The notes: a model not told the origin generated them from the letters alone. A stretch of DNA of 64,000 bases from Chloroflexota bacterium (GCA_963662335.2 CAXXVD010000002.1:416001-480000); one strand, 5' to 3'; counted from the first letter of the stretch, positions 10,750 to 21,929 are shown. Numbers and translations are program-made.

Positions 10750-10980
10750 AGTCTTGATCCTCCCTCATCGATTTCCGGCGCATTCGCGTTTGCTGGTTGG
10801 CTGACGCTCTCTATTGTAGCGAAGTGCGGCTGGGAGAATCTGCAAGCGACCGTTCGCCACTGGTTGGGTGACGATGTGTCACACGGGTCTTGTGACCTTG
10901 ACACTGCTGCCGGTTCCTGAGAAAATCTAGGGTGTAGAAATCGGCGGGAACCGATTGTGGACGCCCCAAGTAGGGCAGAG

Positions 10981-11244
10981 ATGGCAGTTGGAGAGGAACA
11001 GCATCCGCGCGGCATGGCCGAGTATGCTACCAAAGGCGACTTGGAAGCTGGTTTGGAGCGGATGCAACACGCCATCGAGTTGCTGGCCGAAAAGTCGCAG
11101 GCCGACATGGCAAACCTGCGCGCCGATATGGCCGACCGGCACAATGCGATGATGCGGTGGATCATCGGGTTCATCGTAGCGGTGATCGTCATGCTGGCCG
11201 CGCTGGGCGTGTTCGAACGCATCATTCCACTTTTCACTGCTTAG
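10981..11244 (+). CDS. Small coiled-coil protein with C-terminal transmembrane helix (DUF1640-like)
   Basis: ATKGDL motif, heptad region, hydrophobic RWIIGFIVAVIVMLAALGV; start uncertain (10957, 10981 or 11014). Confidence 0.65.
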   Translation: MAVGEEQHPRGMAEYATKGDLEAGLERMQHAIELLAEKSQADMANLRADMADRHNAMMRWIIGFIVAVIVMLAALGVFERIIPLFTA

Positions 11245-11375
11245 CCAAGAGCGCGTCCGCGCCGCCCGCCCCAGCGTTTGCGAATCGGCCCTGCCGGTGC
11301 GCGGGCGGCCGGGATACGCATGGGTTTTCCATCCAGAGTCCACGGTGGCGGGCGGATAGAGGATGCGTACGCCGC

Positions 11376-12473
11376 ATGGGTGCAGCCACGGCGAGTGAAC
11401 GCGTACGCGCGGCAATCGCGGCCACGGGCCGCATCACGTTTGCCGAATTCATGGAGATTGCGCTCTACGCCCCGGGCGCGGGCTACTACACCACAGCTTC
11501 TCGCCGCTTTCGCGGGAATGACGCTCCGGCAAGCGACTACTACACCGCGCCGCAGCTTCACGGGGTCTTTGGCGCGTACCTGGCCCGCCACGTGGCACGC
11601 ATCTGGCGGGATCTCGGCGAACCTGAGCATTTCGACGTAGTCGAGATGGGCGCGGGACGCGGCATCTTGGCATGGGACGTGCTGCGCGGCCTGCGGGAGG
11701 CCGCGCCCCGCTGCTGGGAGCGCACGCGCTACCGCCTGGTGGAGCGCGGCCCGGGGCCGAACGCGGAAGAGTTGCAGGCTTTGGCGGCAGCCGCGGCGCA
11801 TCCCGTTGTCGTGTGCCGCGCGCTCGCCGGGCCGGTGGGCGGAGTCGTGCTCTCCAATGAGTTGCTGGACGCGCTGCCGGCGCATCGCGTGCGCGTGCGG
11901 AACGGGGCCTTGCAGGAACGCTACGTCACGCTGCGGGACGGCCGGCTGTGTGAGGAGTTTGACGCCCCGTCCTGCCCGGAACTCACCGCCTACGTCGCGC
12001 GAATGGGCATGCCGCCTGAGGGCTGGCAGGGCGAAATCTCACTCGCCGCCGTGGCGTGGCTCCAGCACGTGGCGCGGCTGCTGACGCGCGGCACAATCCT
12101 CACCATAGACTACGGCGCGGTGTGGGAGGAATTGTGCTCCCCCCGGCACGCCGGCGGCACGCTGGCCTGCTACTACCGCCACCGCGTGAGCACGGATCCG
12201 TATACACGCATCGGCAGCCAGGACATCACCGCCCACGTGAACTTCTCCGCGCTGATGGACGCCGGTACGCGCCTGGGTCTGCGCACGGAATCCTACCAAT
12301 CCCAGGCCGAATACTTGACGGAACTTGGCATTGGCGAGGAACTAACAGCGCTGGCGCGGCAGCCGGCCACGGCGGAATCGCAGCGCGCCAAGCGCGCCAT
12401 CACCGACCTCATCTGGCCCGACGGCCTCGGCGGCTTTCGCGTGTTGGCGCAGGGGAAGGGTGTGCTATACTAG
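11376..12473 (+). CDS. MidA/NDUFAF7-family SAM-dependent methyltransferase
   Basis: ITFAEFMEIALY, DYYTAP, VEMGAGRG, SNELLDALP, IDYG and QDITAHVNF motifs. Confidence 0.92.
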   Translation: MGAATASERVRAAIAATGRITFAEFMEIALYAPGAGYYTTASRRFRGNDAPASDYYTAPQLHGVFGAYLARHVARIWRDLGEPEHFDVVEMGAGRGILAWDVLRGLREAAPRCWERTRYRLVERGPGPNAEELQALAAAAAHPVVVCRALAGPVGGVVLSNELLDALPAHRVRVRNGALQERYVTLRDGRLCEEFDAPSCPELTAYVARMGMPPEGWQGEISLAAVAWLQHVARLLTRGTILTIDYGAVWEELCSPRHAGGTLACYYRHRVSTDPYTRIGSQDITAHVNFSALMDAGTRLGLRTESYQSQAEYLTELGIGEELTALARQPATAESQRAKRAITDLIWPDGLGGFRVLAQGKGVLY

Positions 12474-12637
12474 CCTGCGCTCGCTTTGGGTTGCGCCTGC
12501 CGCTGGCAGCGCCGGGCCGCAGCCGCGTCACCATGCGGCTATAGACGAGTGTGATGCGCGTCAGGCCGAAGCCCAGACCGCGACGCGCTAGGATTCGATC
12601 TCTCCCAGACAGCAACCGGAAGTAGGATTGCCTGCGA

Positions 12638-13924
12638 ATGGGCAAACTTGCCATAGCCGGCGGGACGCCGAGCGTTGCCGAGCCACTCGATACTCCTTGG
12701 CCGGTGCACGACGAGCGCGACCAGAGCGCGCTCGCGGACGTGCTCACGAGCCGGGCCTGGACGCGCTCCAAGGCGCAGGGCGCGGCGTCCTGGGTGTGGC
12801 GGTTCGAGGACGCCTTTGCCGCGTTTCAGGACGCGCGGCACGGGGTGGCGGTCGCCACCGGGTCGAGCGGCCTGGAGGTGGCCCTAAAGGCGGTTGGGGT
12901 TGAGCCCGGCGACGAAGTCATCATGCCGGCGGCCACGTGGATTACGGTGGCAACCGCGGTGATCGCCGTTGGCGCCGTGCCCGTGTTCGTTGACATCGAG
13001 CCCGGCACGTATAACATAGACGCCCGCAAAGTTGCCTCCGCCATCACGCCCAAGACGCGGGCGGTCATGTGCGTCCACAACGGCGGCCTGCCGGCCAACC
13101 TGGACGCGCTGCGCACACTGGCGGAAACGCATAGCATTGCGCTGGTCGGCGACTGCGCCCACGCCCACGGCAGCCAATGGCGCGGGCGCGGCGTGGGCGC
13201 GCTCGAGGACGTGGGCGTCTTCAGCTTTCAAGGCAGCAAGGTGTTGCCGCTCGGCGAGGGCGGCATGGCGCTCACCGACCGGGATGATCTGCAGGCGCGG
13301 TTGTTTGGGTATCAGCACGTGAACGGCATTGTGGGGCGCGCCAAGCCGGAGCGCTCGTTGCCCGCCACCAATCTGCGCATGTCCGAGTGGGTCGGGGCCC
13401 TGGGGCTTGTGGGACTGCAACGCCTGCCCGAGCAGATCGCGAATCGCGAGGCCAACGCCCGCTACCTGATGCAGGGATTGGCCGAAATACCGGGTGTAAC
13501 GAGTCTGGCTTGGGACCCGCGCGTGACGCGGTGGAGTTTCTACATCTGGCACTGGCGCTATACTCCGTCGGAGTTCGAGGGCATACACCGCGATACGGTT
13601 CTGGCCGCGCTCAAGGCCGAAGGCGTGCCGGCGAGCACGGGCCAGACCGCGCCGCTCTACCGGCATCCGGCGCTCACCGAGATGGATTGCGGGCGCGCGG
13701 GCTTCCCTTTCAACGCGCAGGTATACGGGCGGCAGATGGACTACGCCGCCTTTTCCTGCCCGGAAACGGAGCGCATCGCGGCAACGGAGGCGCTGGCGTT
13801 TTCGCACACGCTCTTCCTGGGGCCGCGGCGGCGCATGGACGTGATTCTTGACGCCGTGCGCAAGATTCGGGAAAATGTCGCTGAACTGCATGCTTGGGAG
13901 CGCGCCACCGCTTCACCTGCGTAA
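12638..13924 (+). CDS. DegT/DnrJ/EryC1/StrS PLP-dependent aminotransferase
   Basis: GDEVIMPA, PVFVDI, DCAHAHG and FSFQGSK (PLP lysine) followed by GEGG. Confidence 0.92.
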   Translation: MGKLAIAGGTPSVAEPLDTPWPVHDERDQSALADVLTSRAWTRSKAQGAASWVWRFEDAFAAFQDARHGVAVATGSSGLEVALKAVGVEPGDEVIMPAATWITVATAVIAVGAVPVFVDIEPGTYNIDARKVASAITPKTRAVMCVHNGGLPANLDALRTLAETHSIALVGDCAHAHGSQWRGRGVGALEDVGVFSFQGSKVLPLGEGGMALTDRDDLQARLFGYQHVNGIVGRAKPERSLPATNLRMSEWVGALGLVGLQRLPEQIANREANARYLMQGLAEIPGVTSLAWDPRVTRWSFYIWHWRYTPSEFEGIHRDTVLAALKAEGVPASTGQTAPLYRHPALTEMDCGRAGFPFNAQVYGRQMDYAAFSCPETERIAATEALAFSHTLFLGPRRRMDVILDAVRKIRENVAELHAWERATASPA

Positions 13925-14072
13925 TGGCGCGCGTTTGTGGTACAAATGGATTCAGCAGGTATGCGGGTCGGATAGAGGCCGGGCTCCCGGTCCTCTGGTT
14001 GGACTTTTCCCCTTGCCGTCAGGCGTAGTGTAGTATAGGCGCGTTTGCAGCAAATCAAGTAGGTAGTGAACA

Positions 14073-16148
14073 TTGGCAAAACGGAAGCTCATCGTCGTCG
14101 AGTCGCCGACCAAGGCGCGGACGATCAAGAAATTCCTGGGCCGCAACGTCGCGGTTGAGTCCTCCATGGGCCACGTGCGGGATCTGCCCAAGAGCAAGCT
14201 GGGCGTGGAAGTCGAGGACGGCTTTGCGCCCTCATACGTCATTCCCCGCGACAAGAACGCGGTGGTCAAGAAACTGACCGAGCACGCCAGGAACGCCAGC
14301 GAAATCCTGCTCGCCACCGACCCGGACCGGGAGGGCGAGGCGATCGCCTGGCACCTGCTGGAGGCGCTGAAACGCCGCATGAAGAAGCAGGACCTGACCG
14401 CCCAGCGCGTCGTGTTTCATGAGATTACGAAAGACGCCGTGCGGCACGCCCTCGACGAACCCCGCGAAATTAACGACGACCTGGTGGATGCGCAGCAGGC
14501 GCGGCGCGTGCTCGACCGGCTGGTCGGCTACAAGATGAGCCCGTTCCTCTGGCGCAAGGTGCGCGGCGGGCTTTCGGCGGGGCGGGTGCAGTCGGTGGCG
14601 CTGCGCCTCATCGTCGACCGGGAGCGCGAAATCGAGGCGTTCACGCCGCAGGAGTACTGGTCGCTGCACGCCACATTGGCTAAACGGCCCGCCAAGCGCG
14701 AACGCGACCAATTCGATGCCGAACTGGTGCGGATACGGGGCAAGAAGCCGGAGATCAGCGACAAAGAGACCGCTGCCGGCATCGTCCAGGAGCTTGACGG
14801 CGCGGCGTGGCCGGTGAAGAAGATTGCCGTGCGTGAGCGGCGGCGGCGGCCCAGCGCGCCCTATACCACGAGCACGTTGCAGCAGGACGCTTCCGGCCGC
14901 CTGGGCTTTCGCGCCGGCCGCACCATGCGGCTGGCCCAGCAACTCTACGAGGGCATCGCCATCGGCGGCGAAGGCCAGGTGGGACTCATCACGTACATGC
15001 GCACCGACTCCGTGCAGGTCAGCGGCGAGGCGATCGCGCAGGCGCGGGAGTTCATCGTGGAAACCTATGGCGCGGACGAATTGCCAAAGTCGCCCCACCG
15101 CTACACCTCGCGGGTGAAGAACGCCCAGGAAGCGCACGAGGCGATCCGCCCCACCAGCGTCTACCGCACGCCGGAGCAGATGCGTGATTTCCTGGATAAG
15201 GACCAACTCAGGCTCTATACGCTCATTTGGCGGCGGTTCGTGGCCAGCCAGATGCGGCCGGCGCTGCTGGAGACCAGGTCGGTGGACGTCGTGCCTCAAC
15301 GCGGCGGCGCCGACCTGCCGTACCGCTTCCGGGCGTCGGCCACGCGGGTCAAGATTCCCGGCTTCTACCAGGTCTACCGCGCCGACGAGCAGGCGGACGA
15401 CGAGAAGAAGACCCTGCCGCCGCTGGCGGAGGGCGAGGACTTAGACCTGCGCAAGCTGTGGCCGGAGCAGCACTTCACCCAGCCGCCGCCACGGTATACA
15501 GAAGCGAGCTTGATTAGGTCGCTGGAAGAAGAGGGCATCGGCCGGCCGAGCACCTACGCGCCAATTCTCTCGGTAATCCAGGAGCGCGCCTACGTCGAGC
15601 GCGAGCGGCGCAGCCTCAAGCCCACCGAATTGGGCATGGTGGTGCGGGATATGCTGGTCAAGCACTTCCCCGACATCATCAAGACGGAGTTTACGGCGGC
15701 TATGGAGGAAGACCTGGACGCGATCTCCCGCGGCGAAAAGCGGTGGACGCCGGTGCTCGAAGAGTTCTACGGCGGCTTCAGCGCAGCGCTGGAGAAGGCG
15801 GACAAAGAGGCGGAGCGCGTAAAGGCGCCGGTGGAAGAAACGGGTGAAATGTGCGAGGAGTGCGGCAAGCCGCTTCTGCTCAAGGACGGGCGGTTTGGCA
15901 AGTTCATTGGCTGCAGCGGCTTTCCGCAATGCCGGAACACCAAGCCGTTCCTGGATACCATTGGCGTTGACTGTCCCAAGTGCGGCCAAGGGGAGATCGT
16001 GCGCAAACGCAACAAGCGGCGCAGCGTTTTCTATAGCTGCTCCCGCTATCCCGATTGCGACTACGCGAGTTCGCGTCCCCCATCGGCGCGCAAGGAACCT
16101 GCCGAGAAAGAAACCGCCAAGGAACCGGCGGAAGTAGCCGGGGTCTAG
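14073..16148 (+). CDS. topA: DNA topoisomerase I (type IA)
   Basis: IVVESPTKA, ATDPDREGE, SAGRVQ, LITYMRTDS (catalytic Tyr), GIGRPSTYA and C-terminal zinc ribbons. Confidence 0.98.
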   Translation: MAKRKLIVVESPTKARTIKKFLGRNVAVESSMGHVRDLPKSKLGVEVEDGFAPSYVIPRDKNAVVKKLTEHARNASEILLATDPDREGEAIAWHLLEALKRRMKKQDLTAQRVVFHEITKDAVRHALDEPREINDDLVDAQQARRVLDRLVGYKMSPFLWRKVRGGLSAGRVQSVALRLIVDREREIEAFTPQEYWSLHATLAKRPAKRERDQFDAELVRIRGKKPEISDKETAAGIVQELDGAAWPVKKIAVRERRRRPSAPYTTSTLQQDASGRLGFRAGRTMRLAQQLYEGIAIGGEGQVGLITYMRTDSVQVSGEAIAQAREFIVETYGADELPKSPHRYTSRVKNAQEAHEAIRPTSVYRTPEQMRDFLDKDQLRLYTLIWRRFVASQMRPALLETRSVDVVPQRGGADLPYRFRASATRVKIPGFYQVYRADEQADDEKKTLPPLAEGEDLDLRKLWPEQHFTQPPPRYTEASLIRSLEEEGIGRPSTYAPILSVIQERAYVERERRSLKPTELGMVVRDMLVKHFPDIIKTEFTAAMEEDLDAISRGEKRWTPVLEEFYGGFSAALEKADKEAERVKAPVEETGEMCEECGKPLLLKDGRFGKFIGCSGFPQCRNTKPFLDTIGVDCPKCGQGEIVRKRNKRRSVFYSCSRYPDCDYASSRPPSARKEPAEKETAKEPAEVAGV

Positions 16149-16250
16149 GAGTACAGCGCGTTCACGTCCAGGGCCGGAGCGTTGGCAGCGCAGGTTGCAA
16201 ACCTGCGCTACCGGGGATAAGGGACGCTGTCGCTGTCCGCGCCTGGGCGC

Positions 16251-17288
16251 TCAATCCCAGGACAGATCGATCTCGTGCGCGGTCTCGATGAAGCGCCGCA
16301 CCAGATCGACCGTAGCCGCCACGTCTTGCTTGTGCACCATTTCGTTGACCGTGTGCACGTAGCGGGTCGGCGTGGAGATGGTGATGGCGGGCACGCCGTC
16401 GCGGGTGCGTTGGATCGCGCCGCCGTCGGTGCCGCCGCGCGGCAGGATTTCCATTTGGTAGGGGATGTCCTCTTTGTCGCAGACGGCGCGGCAGTGAGCC
16501 ACCAGGCGCGGGTCGCAGATCAGGGACGAATCCATGATCTTGATCGCCGTGCCGTTGCCGAGTTTCGAGACGCGGTCCGCTTCCGTGCCGCCGGGGATGT
16601 CCACCGCCAGCGTCGAGTCGAGCGCCAGGCCCACGTCGGGCGCAACGCCAAAAGCGGCCGTCGTCGCGCCGCGCAAGCCGACTTCCTCTTGCGAGGAGGC
16701 AACGGCGTAGACCTCCGCCGCGTGCTCGCCCAGGGCGCGCACGGCCTCGATCATGACGTAGACGCTCACCCGGTCGTCCATGGCGGGCCCGACCATCACG
16801 TCGCCCAGGTCGTTGCACGTGCGGTCGAACGTTATCGGCGTGCCCAGCGGCACAAGCTCCTTGGCGCGTTCGCCGGCAAGCCCCACGTCAACGAAGAGGT
16901 CGTCCAGCTTCAGGGCCTTGCCGCGTTCGGAGTCGTCCAGCAGGTGCGTGGGCTTGGTGGCCGGCATGAGCACGCCTGACAGTTCCTCTTTGCCGTGCAC
17001 GCGCACCCGCTGCGCCACCAGCGTGCGGGGGTCGAAGCCGCCCACGGGCTGGAGGCGAATGAAGCCCTCGTCGTCCACGTGCCGCGCCATGAAGCCAATC
17101 TGGTCCATGTGGGCGGAAATCATGACCCGGGGGCCGCCCTGCCCCCGGCGGTAGGCAATCAGGTTGCCCAGGGCGTCCACGCGCACGTCGGTGGCCAGCG
17201 GCGCCAACTCGGCGTGGATGACGCTGCGGATCGGCTCCTCCCGGCTGGCAATGCCCGGGGTCTCGCACAGTCGCTTCAAGAGTTCCAT
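16251..17288 (-). CDS. M42-family metallo-aminopeptidase
   Basis: SAHMDQIG, MDDR, QEEVGLRGA, GGTD and RYVHT motifs. Confidence 0.93.
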   Translation of the reverse strand: MELLKRLCETPGIASREEPIRSVIHAELAPLATDVRVDALGNLIAYRRGQGGPRVMISAHMDQIGFMARHVDDEGFIRLQPVGGFDPRTLVAQRVRVHGKEELSGVLMPATKPTHLLDDSERGKALKLDDLFVDVGLAGERAKELVPLGTPITFDRTCNDLGDVMVGPAMDDRVSVYVMIEAVRALGEHAAEVYAVASSQEEVGLRGATTAAFGVAPDVGLALDSTLAVDIPGGTEADRVSKLGNGTAIKIMDSSLICDPRLVAHCRAVCDKEDIPYQMEILPRGGTDGGAIQRTRDGVPAITISTPTRYVHTVNEMVHKQDVAATVDLVRRFIETAHEIDLSWD

Positions 17289-17654
17289 AGGACTTTCGCG
17301 CTCCTTGCGTCTGAATACGGTGATTGGGTCGAACGGCTGCTAACTTTCCTATAGGATACCCGTTCCGGCGGCTGCGCGCTTTCGAACGATGCGCGGCGGT
17401 GGCGGCGCGGCCCTGGCTGCCGCGGTGACAATGCCGCGACGAGGCCTGTCATTCCCGCTTTCGCGGGAATGACGGAGGTCGTCGCGAGGGCGGAGGAAAC
17501 TACTGAGTTAGCGGTGAGCGGCGGGCATTCGGTATGATAGTCGCGTAACCCCCTGCACGAGACGAGAGATACCGCCATCGATTCCACAGCTTCCTCTCCG
17601 CTTGAGCCGCGCGACGCGGCGGCAGACGCGCCGTCGTCGTTCCGGCAGCGCTTT

Positions 17655-18599
17655 GTGAGTTTGCGGACGATATTCTCGTTTCTCATTGCGGCGGCGCTCT
17701 TGTTCGCGCTGTGGCGCCTGGCGGGCTTGGATTGGCGCGGCATTTGGTCTGAGATCCGGCAGATGGACCTGCGGCTCTTTCTGCTCGCGTTGGCGGTGTA
17801 CTTCACCACACTTCTGCCCCGCGCGGCGCGCTGGCGGCGGATGCTGCGCAACCTGGGGCACCGCGTGCCGCTGCGCCTGCTGGGCGAAGTGATTTTCCTT
17901 TCCTGGTTCATCAACCATCTCATTCCCGCCAAGATGGGGGACCTGTATCGTGGACTGATCTTGCGCCGCCGGGAGAGCATCTCCTTCGTGCTTGCCACCG
18001 GCAGCGTGGTGGCCGAGCGCATCATCGACGTGTTTGCGCTGCTTGTCTTGGCCGGGTGCGCCGCGTTCTTCTTTGCGCGGGGGGAGTTGTTGAGCGAAAT
18101 GCGGGGCGTGCTGTTCAGCGCGGGCGTATTGGTTGCGCTGGTGGCGGGCGGATTGCTGCTTGTCTGGCGGTTGGACAGCAGCCTCTTGGCGCGGTTGCCG
18201 CTCCTGCAGCGGAGTCAGCAGCGGCTGGGAGAGCGATTCGAGCGGCTCAGGCGCGGCATTTTCACGTCGGCGCGGCCGTTGTGGCTTATGGTTCTGCTCA
18301 CGGCGTTGGTATGGACGGCGGAAGCCGGGCGTTTCTTTCTGGTGGCGAACGCCGTGGGCGTGCCGCTGGCGCTGCCGCAACTGTTGTTCGTGTTCGCCGC
18401 CAGCGCGCTGCTGCTGGCCGTGCCGACGCCCGGCGGCCTGGGCGCGGTGGAAGGCGGCATGGTGGGCATGATGCTGCTGCTCGACGTGCCGGTTGACGTG
18501 GCCGCGGCGGCGGCGCTCCTCGACCGGCTTATATCCTACTGGCTCGTCTTGCTCAGCGGCGGCGTCTACTACTTCAGCCAGGCGCGCTTGCGCCTCTAG
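17655..18599 (+). CDS. Lysylphosphatidylglycerol synthase TM / flippase-like membrane protein (UPF0104)
   Basis: RAARW, PAKMGDLYR, ERIID, PTPGGLGAVEG and RLISYW motifs; multiple TM helices. Confidence 0.88.
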   Translation: MSLRTIFSFLIAAALLFALWRLAGLDWRGIWSEIRQMDLRLFLLALAVYFTTLLPRAARWRRMLRNLGHRVPLRLLGEVIFLSWFINHLIPAKMGDLYRGLILRRRESISFVLATGSVVAERIIDVFALLVLAGCAAFFFARGELLSEMRGVLFSAGVLVALVAGGLLLVWRLDSSLLARLPLLQRSQQRLGERFERLRRGIFTSARPLWLMVLLTALVWTAEAGRFFLVANAVGVPLALPQLLFVFAASALLLAVPTPGGLGAVEGGMVGMMLLLDVPVDVAAAAALLDRLISYWLVLLSGGVYYFSQARLRL

Positions 18600-18603
18600 G
18601 GCT

Positions 18604-19761
18604 ATGCGAATTGGCATTGACTTCACGGCGGCGGCGCAGCCGGCCGGCATCGGCCGCTACACGCGCTCGCTGGTGGGCGCGCTGGCGGCGCAGGCGCCAT
18701 CCGACCAGTTTATACTCCTGGCGCCCCGGCAAACCGCGCACGCCCTGGCATCGCCGCGGACGCCGCCGCGCCTCCTGGCGCAGCCAAACGTTACTCTGAG
18801 ACCGTTACCGCTATCGGAGCGTACGCTGACCCGCCTCTGGCACCGCTTGCGGCTGCCGCTCTTTGCCGACATGCTCGCGGGCGGCGTCGACGTCTTCTAC
18901 GCGCCGGACTTTGCCCTGCCGCCGCTGTGGCGCGCGCCGGGCGTGATCACCATCCACGACCTCTCGTACCGCTTCTTTCCGGAATCCTACCCGGCGTCCT
19001 TGCGCGGATACCTGGAGCGCGTGGTACCGCGCAGCGCGGCCCGCGCGCGGTTGATCCTGGCGGACTCCGCGTCCACGCGGCAGGACCTGGTGGCAACGTA
19101 TCAGGTAGACCCGGCCAGAATCAGCGTTTTGCACGGCGGCGTAGATCCGGCCTTTCGCTCCGTAGAGGCGGCTGGCGCACGGGCGGCGGTATTGCGGCGC
19201 TACGGCATCACGTACCCGTACTTCCTCTCGGTGGGGACGATACAACCGCGCAAGAACATCGCCCGCGTCATCGCGGCCATGCGCGCCGTGGTTGCCGCTA
19301 ACCTGCCGCAGCAACTGGTGCACGTGGGACGCCCGGGCTGGCTCTACGAGCGGATCTTTGCCGCGCCGCACGAGCACGACGTTGCCGCGCGGGTGCGCTT
19401 CTTGACCAATGTCGATTCCGACGACGACTTGGCGGCGCTCTACAGCGGCGCGACCGCCTTCGTCTTCCCCAGCCTGTACGAAGGGTTTGGGCTGCCCGTG
19501 CTGGAGGCCATGGCCTGCGAAACACCGGTGATTACGGGAAACACGTCATCATTGCCGGAAGTGGCGGGCGACGCGGCAATCCTGGTTGACCCGACGAATA
19601 CAACCGCCATTGGCGAGGCGCTGGTAACGCTGGCGAGCGATGAGAACGTACGGACTCAGTTCATCGGCGCGGGCAGAGAACGCGCCGCTGCGTTTACGTG
19701 GGAGCGGGCGGCGGGGGAACTGCGCGCGCACCTGGCGCGGGTGGCCCGGGGCGAACGCTGA
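18604..19761 (+). CDS. Glycosyltransferase family 4
   Basis: [20 protein letters not shown] and [18 protein letters not shown] motifs. Confidence 0.93.
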   Translation: MRIGIDFTAAAQPAGIGRYTRSLVGALAAQAPSDQFILLAPRQTAHALASPRTPPRLLAQPNVTLRPLPLSERTLTRLWHRLRLPLFADMLAGGVDVFYAPDFALPPLWRAPGVITIHDLSYRFFPESYPASLRGYLERVVPRSAARARLILADSASTRQDLVATYQVDPARISVLHGGVDPAFRSVEAAGARAAVLRRYGITYPYFLSVGTIQPRKNIARVIAAMRAVVAANLPQQLVHVGRPGWLYERIFAAPHEHDVAARVRFLTNVDSDDDLAALYSGATAFVFPSLYEGFGLPVLEAMACETPVITGNTSSLPEVAGDAAILVDPTNTTAIGEALVTLASDENVRTQFIGAGRERAAAFTWERAAGELRAHLARVARGER

Positions 19762-19919
19762 ACGCGCCGGCCGCCGCCATGCTCGGCTACGGCGCGGCCT
19801 CTCCCGGCAGGGCAAGGGGCGGGCTGAAGGCCGAGAAGGGCGCACCCATCTGCTATACTGTGCCAAAGCCAATGGACTTCCGTGCGGGTCATTATCATGG
19901 AATCAGCGACACTAACTCC

Positions 19920-19988
19920 GTCATTCCCGCGAAAGCGGGAATCCATCTTTGCGGGCCTCCCGATAGATTCCCGCTTTCGCGGGAATGA
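19920..19988. repeat. Inverted pair of REP family C (gtcattcccgcgaaagcgggaatcc)
   Basis: Two copies in opposite orientation; family also at 7502, 17448, 26664, 40871-40940, 53654 and 60408. Confidence 0.85.
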
Positions 19989-20190
19989 CGGAGCGTGCTC
20001 GCGGGAATGACGGAGCGTGTTCGCGCTATTGACGGACAGAGAACTCGCCGTCATTTTCACTCCCTTGTGTGGTCGTTGCCTGGCCATGGTGATTACTTTG
20101 AAACAGCGCGACCAAGCCGTTCGCCTCCGCATCGAGTGTGGGGCAGCCAATTCCTCGCCGAGAGGCCACTGAGGAGAAAACCGCACCGTC

Positions 20191-21918
20191 ATGAGCAGTG
20201 CTGGCATTAGGCGTTGGTGCGCCCGGCTGTTGCTGGCGTTGTGCGTATTCGCGCTGGTTCCGGCGCCGTTGCTGGCGGATGCGCGACCGGCGCCGCCGGC
20301 GAATGCCGAAGCGCGCGGCGCCATGCTTCGCTACTACGAGCAGATGGGGGGTGAAGCGGTCCTGGGCGCGCCGCTGACCGGCGAGTTGCGGGAAGACGGC
20401 CTGATCGTGCAGTACTTCGAAAACGCGCGATTGGAGTGGTGGCCGCAGCGCAAGCAGGTGCGGCTAAGTCCGTTGGGCCGGCTGCTGTATCCGCACTGGC
20501 GCTTCTTCGGCACGGAAGAAGCGGTGGCGCAGACCTCGGCGCAGCGTCATTTTCCCGAGACCGGGCATACGGTGCGCCATGCGTTCCTCCGTTTCTTCCT
20601 GGCGCACGGCGGCGCGCGGACGTTTGGATTGCCGATTTCCGGCGAGTTGCCGGCCGACGACGAATGGCGCCATCCGGTGCAGTACTTCGAGCGGGCGGTC
20701 TTGCGCTACGATCCGGCCAAGGCCGGCACGCCCGCGGCGGTGCGCCTGGCCCCGCTGGGCCGGGCGTTTTTGGCGTTGCGCGGCGGGGCGCGGCCGGGCG
20801 CGGTTCAGCCCGCCCCGACTCGTCGCACTGCCGGGCCAAAGCTCTTCACGCAAGTCGCGCTCTTCTACAACCCTAAGCTCGACTATACCCTCTCATTGGC
20901 AAAGGCCGCCGGGTTTACGGGCATAAAGCATCAGATACCGTGGAAGGCAATCGAGATCGCTCCCGGCAGGTATACGTGGGGGCAGGTGGACATTATCGTC
21001 GAGGCGGCGAGGCGACACGGGTTGGAGGTGATGCTGAGCGTCTACGCGGCGCCCATTTGGTTGCGCCGGGTAGCGCCCACCGGCGACCGGATCGACGCGC
21101 CGGACGCCGGCCCAACAGGATCGATTCAGGAGTGGTGGGAGCAATTCAAAGGGAACCATAACGGTCCGCCGGCGAACTTTGCCGACTACGGGGCCTTCAT
21201 GGAGCTGATCGCCCGTCGCTACGGCGACAACGTGCAGGCCTACGAGCTATGGAATGAGCCAAACTTAGCCGGCAATTGGGACGGCAAGGTAGCGCCGGGG
21301 GAATTCGTCGAGCTTATTGCCATCGGCTACCGCGGCGTGAAACGCGGCAATCCTAACGCTATCGTCATCGCCGGCGGCCTGGCGCCCACCGGCGTCAACC
21401 TCGAAGGAGTCGCCATGGATGACGTGCGCTACCTCGAGGCGATGTACCAATACCGCAATGGGATGATTCGCGATTACTTCGACGCGCTCGGCGTGCACTC
21501 TTATGGCTACAACAATGCGCCGAACGACACACCGGACAACTACACGACCGCGAGTACCACGTACAAGGAGCACTGGTCGTTCTTCTTCCGCCGCTTCGAG
21601 CAGCACTGGGCAGTTCTCCAGAGATACGGCGATACTGAGAAGACGATCTGGATGACGGAGATGGGCTGGACGACGCGCAATCTCCACCCGGAGTTTGCCT
21701 TTGGGGCTGATGTTTCCGAAGAGGATCAAGCGCGATTTCTCGTCGAGTCCTATCAACTGGTCAAGGAACGGTATCGGTACGTCAGCGGCTTAGTGGTGTT
21801 CAACTTGAACTTTGCGAATCACGTCGTGCCAATGGACAGCGCATACTCCTTTTCCATCCTGGATAAGGACCTCCGGCCGCGCCCGGCGTACCTGGCCCTG
21901 CAAGCCCTCGAGAAGTAG
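20191..21918 (+). CDS. Secreted clan GH-A glycoside hydrolase with N-terminal FPETGH-type surface repeats
   Basis: Signal peptide; VQYFENARLE, HFPETGHTV and FGLPIS repeats; acid/base motif WNEP and nucleophile motif WMTEMG. Confidence 0.85.
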   Translation: MSSAGIRRWCARLLLALCVFALVPAPLLADARPAPPANAEARGAMLRYYEQMGGEAVLGAPLTGELREDGLIVQYFENARLEWWPQRKQVRLSPLGRLLYPHWRFFGTEEAVAQTSAQRHFPETGHTVRHAFLRFFLAHGGARTFGLPISGELPADDEWRHPVQYFERAVLRYDPAKAGTPAAVRLAPLGRAFLALRGGARPGAVQPAPTRRTAGPKLFTQVALFYNPKLDYTLSLAKAAGFTGIKHQIPWKAIEIAPGRYTWGQVDIIVEAARRHGLEVMLSVYAAPIWLRRVAPTGDRIDAPDAGPTGSIQEWWEQFKGNHNGPPANFADYGAFMELIARRYGDNVQAYELWNEPNLAGNWDGKVAPGEFVELIAIGYRGVKRGNPNAIVIAGGLAPTGVNLEGVAMDDVRYLEAMYQYRNGMIRDYFDALGVHSYGYNNAPNDTPDNYTTASTTYKEHWSFFFRRFEQHWAVLQRYGDTEKTIWMTEMGWTTRNLHPEFAFGADVSEEDQARFLVESYQLVKERYRYVSGLVVFNLNFANHVVPMDSAYSFSILDKDLRPRPAYLALQALEK

Positions 21919-21929
21919 CCTGCGCGCCT

